In this document: in pieces, positions 12,907 to 26,029 of the stretch
How positions within the stretch are numbered: the first letter of the stretch is position 1
Layout of the letters: each line of letters begins with the position of its first letter
Assembly: GCF_018350175.1 (NCBI RefSeq)
Contig: NC_058368.1
Coordinates: 121,088,001-121,152,000, forward strand
DNA length: 64,000 bases
Source: Felis catus
Taxonomy: Eukaryota
Reading direction: 5' to 3'
Made by a program: the position numbers and the translations under genes
Notes under the pieces: generated by a model
What the model saw: the letters and a program-made list of their open reading frames with translations, nothing else
What the model was told of the DNA's origin: nothing
The model's database searches: none

Positions 12907-14081
12907 TGAATCTACATGTTTAACCTTCCCCCTGAATCCTGCACTGATACACAGCCCAAACCAAAGGGCAAGGAGGATGAGAATAAAAAGTCAAAAGGCA
13001 CCGACTAAGGTATTTCAAAAGTTCTTACTCATAAATGGCATCAGATGCTCCCCTAGCCCAACATCCTTGCTTCCGATTCAATCACCACCTCTATTTCAAT
13101 AAAACAGCTTATTCTGCTTTTCAAAGTTAGTACCTTTAAGGGGCCCCCTCCCTTTGAAAACAGCATTTACTCACCATTAGTTCCAACAACTTTCATTGTC
13201 TACTGCCTTATACCCTCCAAGTATAGAGCATTCCCCTTTATTGTCTTATTAAATCTTCACATTATGAGGGAGTTCAGGCCAGCTTTGTCCCTTTTCCCAG
13301 AGTCAAACTGTATATATAAGTGATCAAGCAGCAAAAATCAGAAGCAAGGTCTCCTATTAACAGTTCAAGATTTCCTCTACGTTGAATCCCTACCAAATCA
13401 TATTGGACGTTCCCACTTTGCACTTGCCCCTCCTGACAATTCCATCCCTTTTCACTTCCCTCAACCCCATTTCAGCCCATAAGAAGCAAGACCTGCCATT
13501 CAGTGAACAAATAACACAGAGCACTGTCTGCAAGCAGCTGAGCACTGACCAACAGTGTCGTCAGGATCCTAGTATACACAGGATGGGGAGGGTATCCTCA
13601 GTATACAACAGGACAGGGAGGCAGAGAAGACTCCAGCCATGTAAACACAAATATAAAAAGCACATGAGTACCTTTTCCAGGGCAGTGTAACTGAGCCAAA
13701 AATCAGATTCCTGCCCAGATGTCATATTTACACAGAAAAGGCCCTGTTGCTCAGTTTCTGTAACCGGCAGTGCATTCTGGTAATTGTCTGATCACCCACT
13801 GGTGCCCTGGAAATTAAGGCCAATATGAGCATAGGGAGTCATGTTTTGGGATGAATACGGTGGTATTTATCCAGGCTATTTGATAACTATACCCTCAAGC
13901 CCTTTACTGTTAGGAATGGAGCTTAGAAATAATTCCTAAGTAAAGTTAAAAAAGCCAGAATATTTTAATACTTCAGTGAAAGCAAGTTTGAAGGCCAACC
14001 AAAAAGGCTGGTGCCCAACACACAGAAATCACCAAACTGTCAAATCTGCTACTAGGGAAAAAAAAAGCAAGGAAAAAATGG

Positions 14082-14083
<2 letters not shown>

Positions 14084-14117
<34 letters not shown>
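14084..14117. repeat. (CA)n microsatellite
   Basis: Directly visible. Confidence 0.95.
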
Positions 14118-14123
<6 letters not shown>

Positions 14124-15920
14124 CCCAACAATCAGCCCCTCAAAACATGCAACTTACACTATTTGTGATTCACCAGATGAACACTCAAGACTTCAGATGT
14201 TCTAACGCAGAAATTGAAAATAAAAAGTACAAAATGTTTTACATCTTATTAGAATGAAGAATATTCATGTGTGTAACTTCAATTATAATGAAAATTTTAT
14301 GAACTAAAAACAGCTGCTCATCCCATTAATTTAATCTGGGTGTAAAGTCTGATTTGGGCATTTTTGTTCCTTTTACTACATTCCAGGAAGAACTTCTTTG
14401 ATATTTCATAAATGTTTGTTGGATATATCCAATGTTATTAGCCCACACTCTCCTAGACTTCCCATTTTAAATCTCAGAAATAAGGTTTATAAGCATCAGT
14501 GAATAAGCAAAAGCTAGATGGGTAAAGATACGGGCCACTAACATACTCAACGCTGAGCATGAGAGAATGGTCTGGTTCATCTAAAGCAAAAACAAACCCA
14601 GCTTGGCAACATCATCAACAGAGTGAGTCTCCACTGATGATAAGAACTAATACCTTGTTTCAAGATAACAGAAAAGTTATGACTTACCCCCGAACTCATA
14701 CAGTTATGGTGAAAGAGCAAAGCCCAAGAAAATACTTTTACAAGGTAATTGTCTTTTTAGAATTGCTTGGATAAAGTAAATGTCCATCATTAAAGCCAAA
14801 TCAAATGTGTATCCATTATATTCCCACATAGTACTGTAAAAATCAATTAGAAGGTAAAGAATCAGAAACCGCTGAATAGATATATTTTTGAAAATAGGAC
14901 CAAACACAAAATAGTAAGAAATTAATAAGTTTATCTTCAAATGTAAGGTTTACGCAAGAGGAAAGCATGCCTCTCCCAGTGAGGAGCTCACAGCCCCAGA
15001 GCTGGTGTGCTTGAAGAAACGTGAAATCACAATGTAGCTCTTGCCCAAGAAGGTGCCACAAACTGCAGAGACATCAGCGGGAAGCCAAAACTGGATCTAT
15101 CTGAGGAAACATTGATCAAGGCTTCTTGATCTTAAAAAAAAAAAATTGCCCATATTTCATTTTCTGGGTACAGTGGCTAGCCATTGTTCTCACATTCCGT
15201 GGCAAAGAATGGGAAAGAAAGTAATAATGTGTCCTTCTTTCTTTGATGTCCCCCCCAAGACTACCCACTCATTTAGAATGTCTGCCTAAAATGCCTTGCT
15301 TAAATCCATGTCAAGAGCTAAGAAAACAAGTATCCTAGAGTCTAGATCACAACTATCATCACATCATCTCCTGCTCAGAAACCTTCATGTGGCTGCTGGT
15401 TACTGAATGGACAAGATCCCTCCTGCATAACCTGGGATCCAAAACACTCTACAGTTTGATGTAAATCAATCCTTTATAAACATCCATATTCCTACCTCCC
15501 CACTTTGCTTGAGGTGGGATCCATGATACCTGGACTCACACCTTGGTGGCAACTTACTCTCATCGTGGGTAAGTTCTTTAACCTGAGCTTTAAAACACTG
15601 CAGGGGAAGGATCTAGCTTTGACCTTGACACAGTAGGTATCAATAAATATTGGCCTGCTGTCTCAAAAATGTAAAAGAGAGTGTTTGGGACAGGACAAGA
15701 ACATAACAAAGAAAGAAGAAAAAAGTATAATTGGTCAAGCTTTTTTATGTAGCAATCTGATAATATGTATCAAAATATAACACTTGGCCCAGAAATCCAA
15801 TTTTGCTCTATTTCCTTAAAAGGTTATTAAAGTAAGTACAGAAATAGGTAATTATAGGGACTGCATCACAGCATTATTTGTAACAACAAAAATATTGAGA
15901 AACAATCTAAATGCCAACGA

Positions 15921-16099
15921 GGGGGCTGGCTAGGTGGCTGAGTCAGTTAAGCATCAGACTCTTGACTTCAGCTCAGGTCATGATCTCATGGTTTGTGGGA
16001 TCAAGCCCCACAGCAGGCTCTGCACCAAAAGCACAGAGACTGCTTGAGATTCTCTCTCTCTCCATCTCTTTCAAAATAAATAACTTAAAAATAAATGAA

Positions 16100-16137
<38 letters not shown>
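15921..16137 (+). mobile_element. Can-SINE with expanded (TAAA)n tail
   Basis: SINE head, (TAAA)n array ~16095-16137, TSD aaatgccaa. Confidence 0.9.
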
Positions 16138-16138
<1 letters not shown>

Positions 16139-17019
16139 AATGCCAATTAAGAATGAACCAAAAAAATTATGTAAGCAGACACTATTGTTAGGTAATAAAA
16201 CCTTTTTCCCCAAAACTGTTTAGTATTTTTAACAAGATGTATGTATCCCATTTTCTAGGATCAGAGCATTTAAAAATAATTTTTAAAAAAGACACAAAGG
16301 AAAGAAGTCCTGAAGAATGTTTTCCTTGGATTCTCGGAGCCAATTATCAGTTTATGAATCATTGATAAAGGTTCAGATCAGAGTAGCCAATAGCCTGGAT
16401 ATTTGGGAAAATAGAGGCTAAAACGAGACGGATGAAAGACTTTTGTTTTCTACATAAAGTCAGACAATTCTGTCCTTTTACTACTCCCATGAACAAAAAA
16501 ACAAAAAAACAAAAAAACTCCTCTATTCTCTGGCCACAGCTTTTATACTTAATCCCAAACATCTATGTTTATGTGAAGCTCTTGCCTTGGGGAAGGCTGA
16601 GGAAAACAAACTACGGGGTAGTTCCAGGCAAACCCACCCCAGATGCTAATAAGATGTGGCATTCACACTCATTCAGTGTGGGGCTGGAGGATTTTAGAAT
16701 TATCACTCAAGGACCAAAATTATGAGGAACAGTAATGATTTGCACAAGTGATGGGGCTGCGGAATGGATTTGAGATTTGGGAGTTCTAGTTATTTGAACT
16801 TGAGAGTCTTACTATTTCCATTAAAATGACAAGTGAACAAAAACTTCAAATCATACAGAATTACAAAAAACAGTAAATTATCCTCTGAAATCAGAGCTCA
16901 CAGCAATAATCACTATTAACACCTGGTGCGTGTTATATTTTGCTTTTGTTTTTAAACCTATCTCAAAGAAATTATTTCTCACCCATTATATTGACAAAAA
17001 AATTTTAAAGGTATGTTAA

Positions 17020-18620
17020 CTTTTGGCTATAGGGAAATGACCTCTCACCATAAACTTCACCCTTTTAAAGTATATAACTCATTGTCTTTGGTTTATTCAA
17101 AGTCATGCAACCCATCAACCATCAACACTAGTTCTGGAATATTCTCATCACCCCAAAAAGAAACTCCATACCCATTAGCAGTCACTGCCCACTCTTTTCC
17201 TCCTTGCCCATGGCAACCATTAATCTATTTTCCATCCTGTGGATTTACCAATTCTGCAAATTTCAAATAAAATGACTCCTACAATATGTAGCCTTTTGTA
17301 ACTCGCTTCTTCCACTTAGCATAATGTTTTCAAGCTTCACCCAAGTTATAGCATGGGTCAGAATTTCTTTCATTTTTATGGCTGAATAATATTCCATGTA
17401 TAAGTATACCACAATTGGTTATATATTCATCAAGTGATAGACATTTGGTTTCCACATTCTGCCTATTATGAATAATGGTGCTATAAACACTCCTGTATAA
17501 GTTTTTGTGTTTTCACAAAACACGTATGTTTTCAATATTGTACAGAATTGCTGGGTCAAGTGGTAACTCTGTTTCTTTTCTGAGGCACTGAAAAACTGGT
17601 TTCCATAACAGCTGTACCACTCACATCCCTATCAGTGCTGTGTAGGGTTCTGCTTTCTCCCCACCCTTTCCAACACTTGTTACCATGTGTCTTCTTTATT
17701 ATAGCCATCCTAGCCATCAAGCCACACTTGAAGTGGTATCTCATTGTGATTGTGATTTGCACTTCTGGATGAATAACGATGTTGAGCATCTTTTGATGCA
17801 CCTGTTGACCATCAACCTACGTTTCTGGAGGAGTATCTACTCAAACTTTTTGCCCATGTTTTAGTTAGACTTTTTTAAGATTCAAGTATAATTAACATAC
17901 AGTGCTAGATTAGTTTCAGGTGTACAATATGATTCAACAATTCTATATGTTACTCAGTGCTCATCACAATAAGTATACACTCTCATGTATTATGGATATA
18001 TATATTATCAGATATATGGTTTACAAGTATCTTCTCCCATTCTCTGGAGTGTCTTTTGACCTTCTTGACAGTCCTTTGAAGCACAAAAGTTTTTAATTTT
18101 GATGTCAGTTTCACCTATTTTGCTTTTGTTGCTTGGACTGTGGGGTCACATCTAAGAAATCACTACCGGGGTGCCTGGGTGGCTCAGCCGGTTAAGCGTC
18201 CGGCTTCGGCTCAGGTCAGGACCTCGCGGTATGTGAGTTCGAGCCCCGCGTCGAGCTCTATGCTGACTGCTCAGAGCCTGGAGCCTGTTTCAGATTCTGT
18301 GTCTTCCTCTCTCTCTGACCCTCCCCCATTCATGCTCTGTCTCTCTCTGTCTCAAAAATAAATAAAAGTTAAAAAAAATTTTAAAAAAATAAGAAATCAC
18401 TACCTAATCCAAGATCATAAACATTTTTGCCTATGTTTTCTCCTAAAAGTTTTATAGTCTTAACTCTCATTTAGGTCTTTGATCCATTTTGAATTAACTT
18501 TGTATTTTTTGTGAGACAGAAATTCAACTTAATGCTTTCGTTTGTGGATATCCAGTTGTGACAGCACCAATTTTTGAGGAGAATATTCTTTCCTCATGGA
18601 ATAGTCTTGGCATATAGCTT
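17020..18620 (-). mobile_element. Old L1 3' fragment (ORF2 end + 3' UTR) interrupted by a SINE
   Basis: Minus ORF 17556-17801 has L1 ORF2 C-terminal words (IQI.TMRYH..RMAIIKK..NKCW); typical antisense L1 sequence. Confidence 0.85.
18168..18389 (+). mobile_element. Can-SINE nested in L1
   Basis: TSD taagaaatcactacc (18153-18167 / 18390-18404). Confidence 0.94.
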
Positions 18621-19172
18621 TTTAAAATCCTCCTTAAAGCTTCTATAGCTTGATGGTGGTTCTGGTTCCACAACTGTGTCAAAACTCTTTGAAATGTACA
18701 TTTAGAAAAATAAAATTATTGTATGTAAATAACACTCAATAAACCTAACAACTTTCACATATAGGACAAATAAGAGATCACATGCTTCACAAATACTATA
18801 CTATCCGTAATAAAGACAAACTGGAAACCATCTGAACCTCTATCAAAAAAAATATTTAAACAGATGTAGAATAATCACAGAATTGAATACCATGCAACAG
18901 TACAAAGGAATAAGCTTGGTTTTATATATATTAAATGGATCAAGTTCTGTTAAGCAAAAAAGATTAGTGTACAATGGCTGACACGGAATGAAAGCAACTA
19001 TGTAAAAAAAGACATACAAAACCAGGCTATACAGGCTCTGTGAATATACATGTAGTACCTAATGGTATCTCTTAAAAGTCTGGAAGAATACTTAGCACAC
19101 TGATAACACTCGCTGCCTTTGGAGAGAACAAACAGGCCCCAAGACTGAACAGGGTGATCAGAAAGGAGTTGA

Positions 19173-20215
19173 CAAAAATGAAGTATTGGGACCTCATCAA
19201 AATAAAAAGCTTCTGCACAGCAAAGGAAACAATCAGCAAAACTAAAAGGCAATCGACAGAATGGGAGAAGATATTTCCAAATAACATATCAGATAAAGGG
19301 TTAGTATCCAAAATCTATAAAGAATTTATCAAACTCAACACCCAAAAAACAAATCATCTAGTGAAGAAATGGGCAAAAGACATGAATAGACACTTCTCCA
19401 AAGAAGACATCCAGATGGCCAAATGACATGTGAAAAAGTGCTCAACATCACTCATCATCTGGGAAATACAAATCAAAACCACAATGCGGTACCACCTGAC
19501 ACCTGTCAGAATGGCTAACATTAACAACTCAGGCAACAACAGATGTTGGCAAGGATGCAGAGAAAGAGAATCTCTTTTGCACTGCTGGTGGGAATGCAAG
19601 CTGGTGCAACCACTCTAGAAAACAGTATGGAGGTTCCTCAAAAAGTTAAAAATAAAACTACCCCATGACCCAGCAACTGCACTACTAGGCATTTATCCAA
19701 GGGATACAGTGTACTGTTTTGAAGGGACACATGCACCCCCATGTTTTTAACAACACTATCAACAACAGCCAAAGTATGGAAAGAGCCCAAATGTCCATCG
19801 ATGGATGAATGGTTAAAGATGTGGTATATATATACAATGGAGTATTACTCAGCAATCAAAAAGAATGAAATCTTGCCATTTGCAACTATGTGGATGGAAC
19901 TAAAGGGTATTATGCTAAGCAAAATTAGTCAGAGAAAGACAAATATCATATGGCTTTACTCCTATGAGGACTTTAAGATACAAAACAGATGAACATAAGG
20001 GAAGGGAAGCAAAAATAAAAACACAGATGGGGACAAAACATAAGAGACTTTTAAATATAGAAACAAACAGAGGGTTACTGGAGGGGTTGTGGGAGGGGGG
20101 ATGGGCTAATGGGTAAAGGGCTTAAGGAATATTCTCCTGAAATCATTGTTGCACCATGTGCTAACTAATTGGAAGTAAATTATAAAAAATAAATTATAGA
20201 GGGGAAAAAAAAGGC
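19173..20215 (+). mobile_element. 5'-truncated carnivore L1 (~1 kb)
   Basis: ORF2 C-terminal peptides ([16 protein letters not shown]...; [11 protein letters not shown]...; EPKCPSMDEW), 3' UTR, A-tail, TSD aaggagttga. Confidence 0.93.
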
Positions 20216-20382
20216 AAGGAGTTGAACGCTGCTATTTTCCCCCATAGAGAAATCTACTTATTAACTACTTGTGTGATTACAGATTAATAATGTGTAACTT
20301 ATGTAGTTGTAAACAGAGGTTGTAAGTATGCAATCAAAACTTTTTAATGTATGAGCTCATGTGTGCATCCCTGCACCCAATA

Positions 20383-20438
20383 CACACACACGCACGCGCG
20401 CGCACACACGCGCACACACACACACACACACACACACA
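20383..20438. repeat. (CA)n/(CG)n microsatellite adjacent to the exon 4 donor
   Basis: Alternating purine-pyrimidine tract starting ~12 nt into intron 4. Confidence 0.95.
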
Positions 20439-20448
20439 GGGGGTCTTA

Positions 20449-20637
<189 letters not shown>

Positions 20638-21476
20638 TCAAATGAGGAAGGCTACAGAAGGATGGAGTCCAGAGTTGCTTTTAGTCTTGGATAATTAAGA
20701 GGACAAGTGATCCTGATATATAAATGATGGCTCACCAATGGCTGTGACTTCTTGATAATCAAACATACCATGACCTTACTAAATGCTGGTGAGGACATGC
20801 AAATGACCCAGGATTTATGCGAGCTGTATAGTCTCTGGCCTGATTTCCCTAACTGCTAAACACTAAGCAAATTATCAGCCTCCTTCGTGTCTCCTCCAGG
20901 GCTGGTTATGGCCTTCTTAAATTGATGGACACTAATTGGGCCCACTTACGGGCTCACATGCAAGACAATATCAGATAAAATATTTTCTTCATTTTAAACT
21001 CTGTCCAATACCTTGAAATGTATGTTTTCTGAGGTGGAGGAGACAGGGGAAACTACAAAGGCAGCACTGTACAAGTCAGAGGTGTCCTTAAATTATTTAA
21101 GAATTGAGATACAAGACAAAGTTGAATGTCTTTTTAAATAATAGATTCAAAGGGTGTATATAGGGCAAAGGCATGGTATACACCCTGTAGAAAAAGCCAG
21201 TCATAATTTGTTGTATTCACTGCAACACATTTTAGCATCTGGAAAATAAAGTTCTTTTTCACTGTCATATCAGCCTTCTTTCCTCCAAAGAATATGACAG
21301 AATCTTAATCCAGGATAAGGAAGTGATAGAAGCCATCACTCTTTCTAATACAGCAAACAAGCACAGCAATATCATCTGCAAGCTAACTGGCTTCTACATC
21401 ACCAAAGCAATCACTTCTGGGTAGAAATAATGATCTGAGACATTTTAAGAAGTGCACATTAAGATGTTCTCCTCTT

Positions 21477-21688
21477 GGGGCGCCTGGGTGGCTTGGTCGG
21501 TTAAGCGTCCGACTTCGGCTCAGGTCATGATCTCACGGTCCGTGAGTTCGAGCCCCACGTCGGGCTCTGTGCTGACAGCTAAGAGCCTGGAGCCTGTTTC
21601 AGTTTCTGTGTCTCCCTCTCTCTCTGCCCCTCCCCTGTTCATGCTCTGTCTCTCTCTGTGTCAAAAATAAATAAACATTAAAAAAAAA
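21477..21688 (+). mobile_element. Can-SINE
   Basis: TSD aagatgttctcctctt. Confidence 0.95.
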
Positions 21689-21783
21689 AAGATGTTCTCC
21701 TCTTATTTCCTAATGATTCAAAAAGGACTCTTGTCAATAATCCCTCCATGATTCAAGCAATGTTATTAAAAATTCCCACTTAC

Positions 21784-21814
21784 CTCTGCCAACAATCACC
21801 AGAGTGCTTAAGGA
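21784..21814 (-). pseudogene. Pseudo-exon matching the human PRELID2 cassette exon (SLSTLVILCWKK)
   Basis: Minus strand reads tcc tta agc act ctg gtg att gtt ggc aga g|gtaagt = SLSTLVI..., located between exons 3 and 4. It is 31 nt long and preceded by gaaa rather than AG. Confidence 0.7.
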
Positions 21815-22121
21815 TTTCAAAGAGAGAAAACAACTTGCTATCATGAAGATTTCAACATCACCACCATTACTTTACAGAAATACACACAAAAAGACTTACA
21901 GAAAGCACTGAGAAGATTATAGTCCCTGAAATAACTGTATTCTCTGACAGTGACATAGAATCTGAAGCTTTTATCTTCCTTGCTGAAGATGAGACTAAAT
22001 ATTTACCATCTGTTTACTTCTGATCATTCTTATCTAAGAGTCTTATCTAACCACAGACAGATGAGAAAACATGGTCACTTCCTGCAAAATGTCCAAGACA
22101 TCTTTAAAATAATTGTAGACC

Positions 22122-22730
22122 CTCTGGAAAACAGTGTAGAGATTCCTCAAAAAATTAAAAATAGGCCTACCCTATGACCTAGCAATAGCACTGCTAGGAA
22201 TTTAACCAAGGGATACAGGAGTGCTGATACATAGGGGCACTTGTACCCCAATGTTTATAGCAGCACTCTCAACAATAGCCAAATTATGGAAAGAGCCTAA
22301 ATGTCCATCAACTGATGAATGGATAAAGAAATTGTGGTTTATATACACAATGGAGTACTACATGGCAATGAGAAAGAATGAAATATGGCCCTTTGTAGCA
22401 ACGTGGATGGAACTGGAGAGTGTGATGCTAAGTGAAATAAGCCATACAGAGAAAGACAGATACCATATGTTTTCACTCTTATGTGGATCCTGAGAAACTT
22501 AACAGAAACCCATGGGGGAGGAGAAGGAAAAATAAAAAGAGGTTAGAGTGGGAGAGAGCCAAAGCATAAGAGACTCTTAAAAACTGAGAACAAACCGAGG
22601 GTTGATGGGGGTGGGAGGGAGGGGGGGGTGGGTGATGGGTATTGAGGAGGGCACCTGTTGGGATGAGCACTGGGTGTTGTATGGAAACCAATTTGACAAT
22701 AAATTTCATATATTGAAAAAAAATATAAAA
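22122..22730 (+). mobile_element. Young 5'-truncated L1 (felid-type)
   Basis: Open ORF2 C-terminus (CTPMFIAALSTIAKLWKEPKCPSTDEWIKK...), G-rich 3' UTR, perfect 17-bp TSD taaaataattgtagacc (22105-22121 / 22731-22747). Confidence 0.95.
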
Positions 22731-22987
22731 TAAAATAATTGTAGACCATCTCTATGTCCACTAAGAGCCCTCCACAAAAGAGAAGCAGAAACAGGAGGGG
22801 GGAAAAAAAAACTATCTCCCGTGGCATCTGCCAAAACTGAGGTTAGATATGAGAGTGCTTTCTTCCTCTGAGGAGCTGTGAGGTCCAACTGGGAAAGTTC
22901 TAACACGCCTGGACATCAGAAAACGCCATCTCTTTCCAGGACTGTGTGAAAATCTCCCAGGGTCACAACAAATCTGATTAAATTTTA

Positions 22988-23089
<102 letters not shown>

Positions 23090-24458
23090 TTACACTCAAA
23101 AAATGTTTTAAGGATATGTACTCCTATCCTAATGTCAACAAAACTTTTCATTTTGATGTCAGTTTTCTCTATGTAGAATTCCTAGAGAAAAATGTTTAAC
23201 TCAAAACTCAGTATCCCTGACCACTTTTCTGGGCCAAATCATTCCAAATACACTTATCTGTAATCAAGGAATAAGGGTGAGGCAGCTACTCACTCTGCAT
23301 GCTCTAAAGTCAGAGAGAAAGAATCACAAACTGTTCACTGCTCTGGATTATCAATGTCAACACTCCAATGACAAGGGCCAATGAGACCTCTGCTCAAATC
23401 CAATACAGATGTTTTCACAAGAATATGGAGAATCTGATTCTGCCACATTCTGCACCAAACATGTTTTCAAGCACAGATTTCTAGGTACACAATGTAAACC
23501 TACAATTAATTATATTAGCCAAAGTCTTCACTCATAAAGAAACAGATTTCCTGTGACTGGCACTACTCTGTTTGGGAACAGAGTTTCCAAAAATGTAAAA
23601 AGCACACAATAAATGTGAATTAAGAAAAGGGGAGTCCAAGTCATAGAAAAAAATAAACTCTGAAGTATTCTCTTTTGGCCTGTAAATTACTGCGACTCAG
23701 CCAAGCTCCTGTAGGGTTTCTCAAATCTCTGGCTATAGTAGCCCGGACAGTGCAAACATCCAGACTGCCCAGAAGCCACTGACAGGGTGAGGAGTGGGTT
23801 TGTCTCCTGCCCACTGGCCTTCCTTCAGCCAGCTTATCCAATGTTTGCAGCACACCCACTTAAAATGGATTAGCCACTCCTGCAGGCAACGATGCTCCCG
23901 TCAATGGTAGAAATCATAATTAATGTTCCTATACCACTTTGGAATACACATATTGTTCTTTCATTTGATCTTCATAACAACATAAAGCAGGATTAATATT
24001 ATTTTCCCATTTAATAAGCGAAGAAACAGAGCCTCGAAGAAGTTAGGTCATGCAGGGAGTAACAAAATCAAGGCTTGGAACCAGATTTCTCCGATGCCCC
24101 ATCACAAGTTTCTCTCGCACTGAGTGCAGACACATGAAAAAAATGTTTTTTAAAATCTATTAATAGAGTATGGACACAAAGAAAATACCTTCACAAGCAA
24201 AAGACAGTTTTTGTGTTTACCAAGCACAGAGAAGACTTCGGAGTCACGTAACAAACAGTGGCATCTCACACATTTTCTCAGAAGGCTCAAGAGTGTGTCA
24301 GAAGTGGGCCTGGGTGTCTCCAAATGTTTACACACTGATTATGTGCCTCACCAGAACTTCCTATGTGGCCCAGTTCTCAAGTCCAGGCAATGACAGTGAA
24401 AAATTATTCCAGGGAAATACAAATGACAGAGAGCAGTGGAGACTCCTACGCTCTAGTC

Positions 24459-24664
24459 TAGGGGTGAATAAACCTTTCCTGTAAAAGGCCAAATGGTAAA
24501 TATTTTACGCTTTATGGTATGAACAGTCTTGTTGCAACAACTTAACTCTGCTCTTGTCGCCAAGAAGAAGCCATAGAAGATATGTAAACAAGTGGGCACG
24601 GCTGTATGTCAATAAAACTTGATTCACAAATTCAAGCAGGACAAGCATAGCTTGCCCACCCCTG
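24459..24664 (+). mobile_element. MER58A-like hAT-Charlie element
   Basis: taggggtgaataaacctttcctgtaaaaggccaaatggtaaatatttt ... cttgcccacccctg; degenerate 8-bp TSD ctctagtc / cgctggtc. Confidence 0.75.
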
Positions 24665-25086
24665 CGCTGGTCAATATGGAATCATATTCTATAATATAAT
24701 CACTTTACAATCACATCTTACATACATGCTACTAATCACAAATGTTTTGTCGTATTTACAATGATACATGAATATATTATAGGGATATAGTCATGTGACC
24801 TTGGGCAATTTATTTAACCTCTCAGTACCTTGATTTCTTCATACATTAAAAGGCAGTAATAATAATACATATCCCAAACATTATTCTGCAGATTAAAGGA
24901 GTTAATAAGAGTGCCTGGCACATATTCAGTGCTGTTGGCTGTTACTATTGTCATCAGTCATTAACTGAGTGACAAAAGCATGTTAAACAAGACTTCTACT
25001 GCTGCTTTAAATGCTGGGTACTCTTCTCTGTCACCTCAAATACAGAAATACACCTGTTCTCATATCTGTTTAAAAGGTAATAGGCT

Positions 25087-25307
25087 GGGGCGCCTGGGTG
25101 GCTCACTCAGTTAAGCGTCCGACTCTTGATCTCAGCTCAGGTCATGATCTCACAGTTTGTGAGTTCAAGCCCCACATCTGGATCTGCGCTGACAGTGTGG
25201 AGTCTGCTTAGGATTCCCTCTCTCTCCCTCTCTCTGCCCTTCTCCCGTTCACTCTCTCTGTCTCTCTCTCAAAATAAAAAATAAACTTAAAAAAAGAAAA
25301 AAGAAAA
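25087..25307 (+). mobile_element. Can-SINE
   Basis: Consensus body, TSD aataggct; ends ~85 bp from the exon 2 donor. Confidence 0.93.
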
Positions 25308-25391
25308 ATAGGCTACACACACACACACCTTGACAAACATCACCATTACTTAATGATCATCACTGAAGTGAGGTATATTCAGAGAACTTAC

Positions 25392-25449
25392 CTCTTTTTT
25401 CCTCCACAGTTATTACAGAGATGACATTTTTATCCATGGGGTTGGGATA
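25392..25449 (-). CDS. PRELID2: PRELID2 coding exon 2 (58 nt)
   Basis: Acceptor ttttcatttag, donor G|GTAAGT. Translates YPNPMDKNVISVITVEEKR(D), including the PRELI-family YPNP motif. Confidence 0.96.
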
Positions 25450-25809
25450 CTAAATGAAAACACATAAAGAAGAATTACCATTCATCCTTCACCAAAATGA
25501 ATTACCTCATAGTAACCACAGTTATTTGCAGGAACGGTAAATATTTTCCAAGCAACTCTAAGGCCAGTTTTCAATCAAGGCCCTTCGTTGTACTACTTGG
25601 GCCTAGATAAGTAAGAAGCTATCATGAATTCAACTTGTATAAATCCAGGGGAAACCTTTAGATCCAACACAGCCCTGGGCAGAGAAGGGAGGGTTAGGTT
25701 AATCTAATTAATAAGTATTACTATTAGTATGGAACCAGCCTGGCCTAAATGAAGAGTGTCCTTGGTAGCAGGCACTGTGCTACATGCTTTACTCACTTAC
25801 ACGTTCTTG

Positions 25810-25861
25810 TTTATTTTTTTAAGTTTATTTATTTCGAGAGGGGGGTTGGTGGGGGGATGGG

Positions 25862-25902
<41 letters not shown>

Positions 25903-26029
25903 TCCCCAGCAGGCTCCATGCTGTCAGCATGGAGCCTGCCGTGGGGCTTGATCTCACAAACGATGAGATTGTGACCTGAGCCAAAATCAAGAGTTGGATG
26001 CTCAACTGACTGAGCCACCCAGGTGCCCC
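25810..26029 (-). mobile_element. Can-SINE
   Basis: Reverse-complement SINE with a (GA)n body. Confidence 0.92.

Noticed and set aside
19154..19992. ORFs resembling a protein C-terminus ([13 protein letters not shown]...)
   Set aside because: Broken L1 ORF2 remnant of a 5'-truncated, non-autonomous copy.
23641..24484. Several 60-104 aa ORFs in intron 2
   Set aside because: No recognisable homology, mostly weak starts and no convincing splice-site pairs; lengths are within chance expectation.
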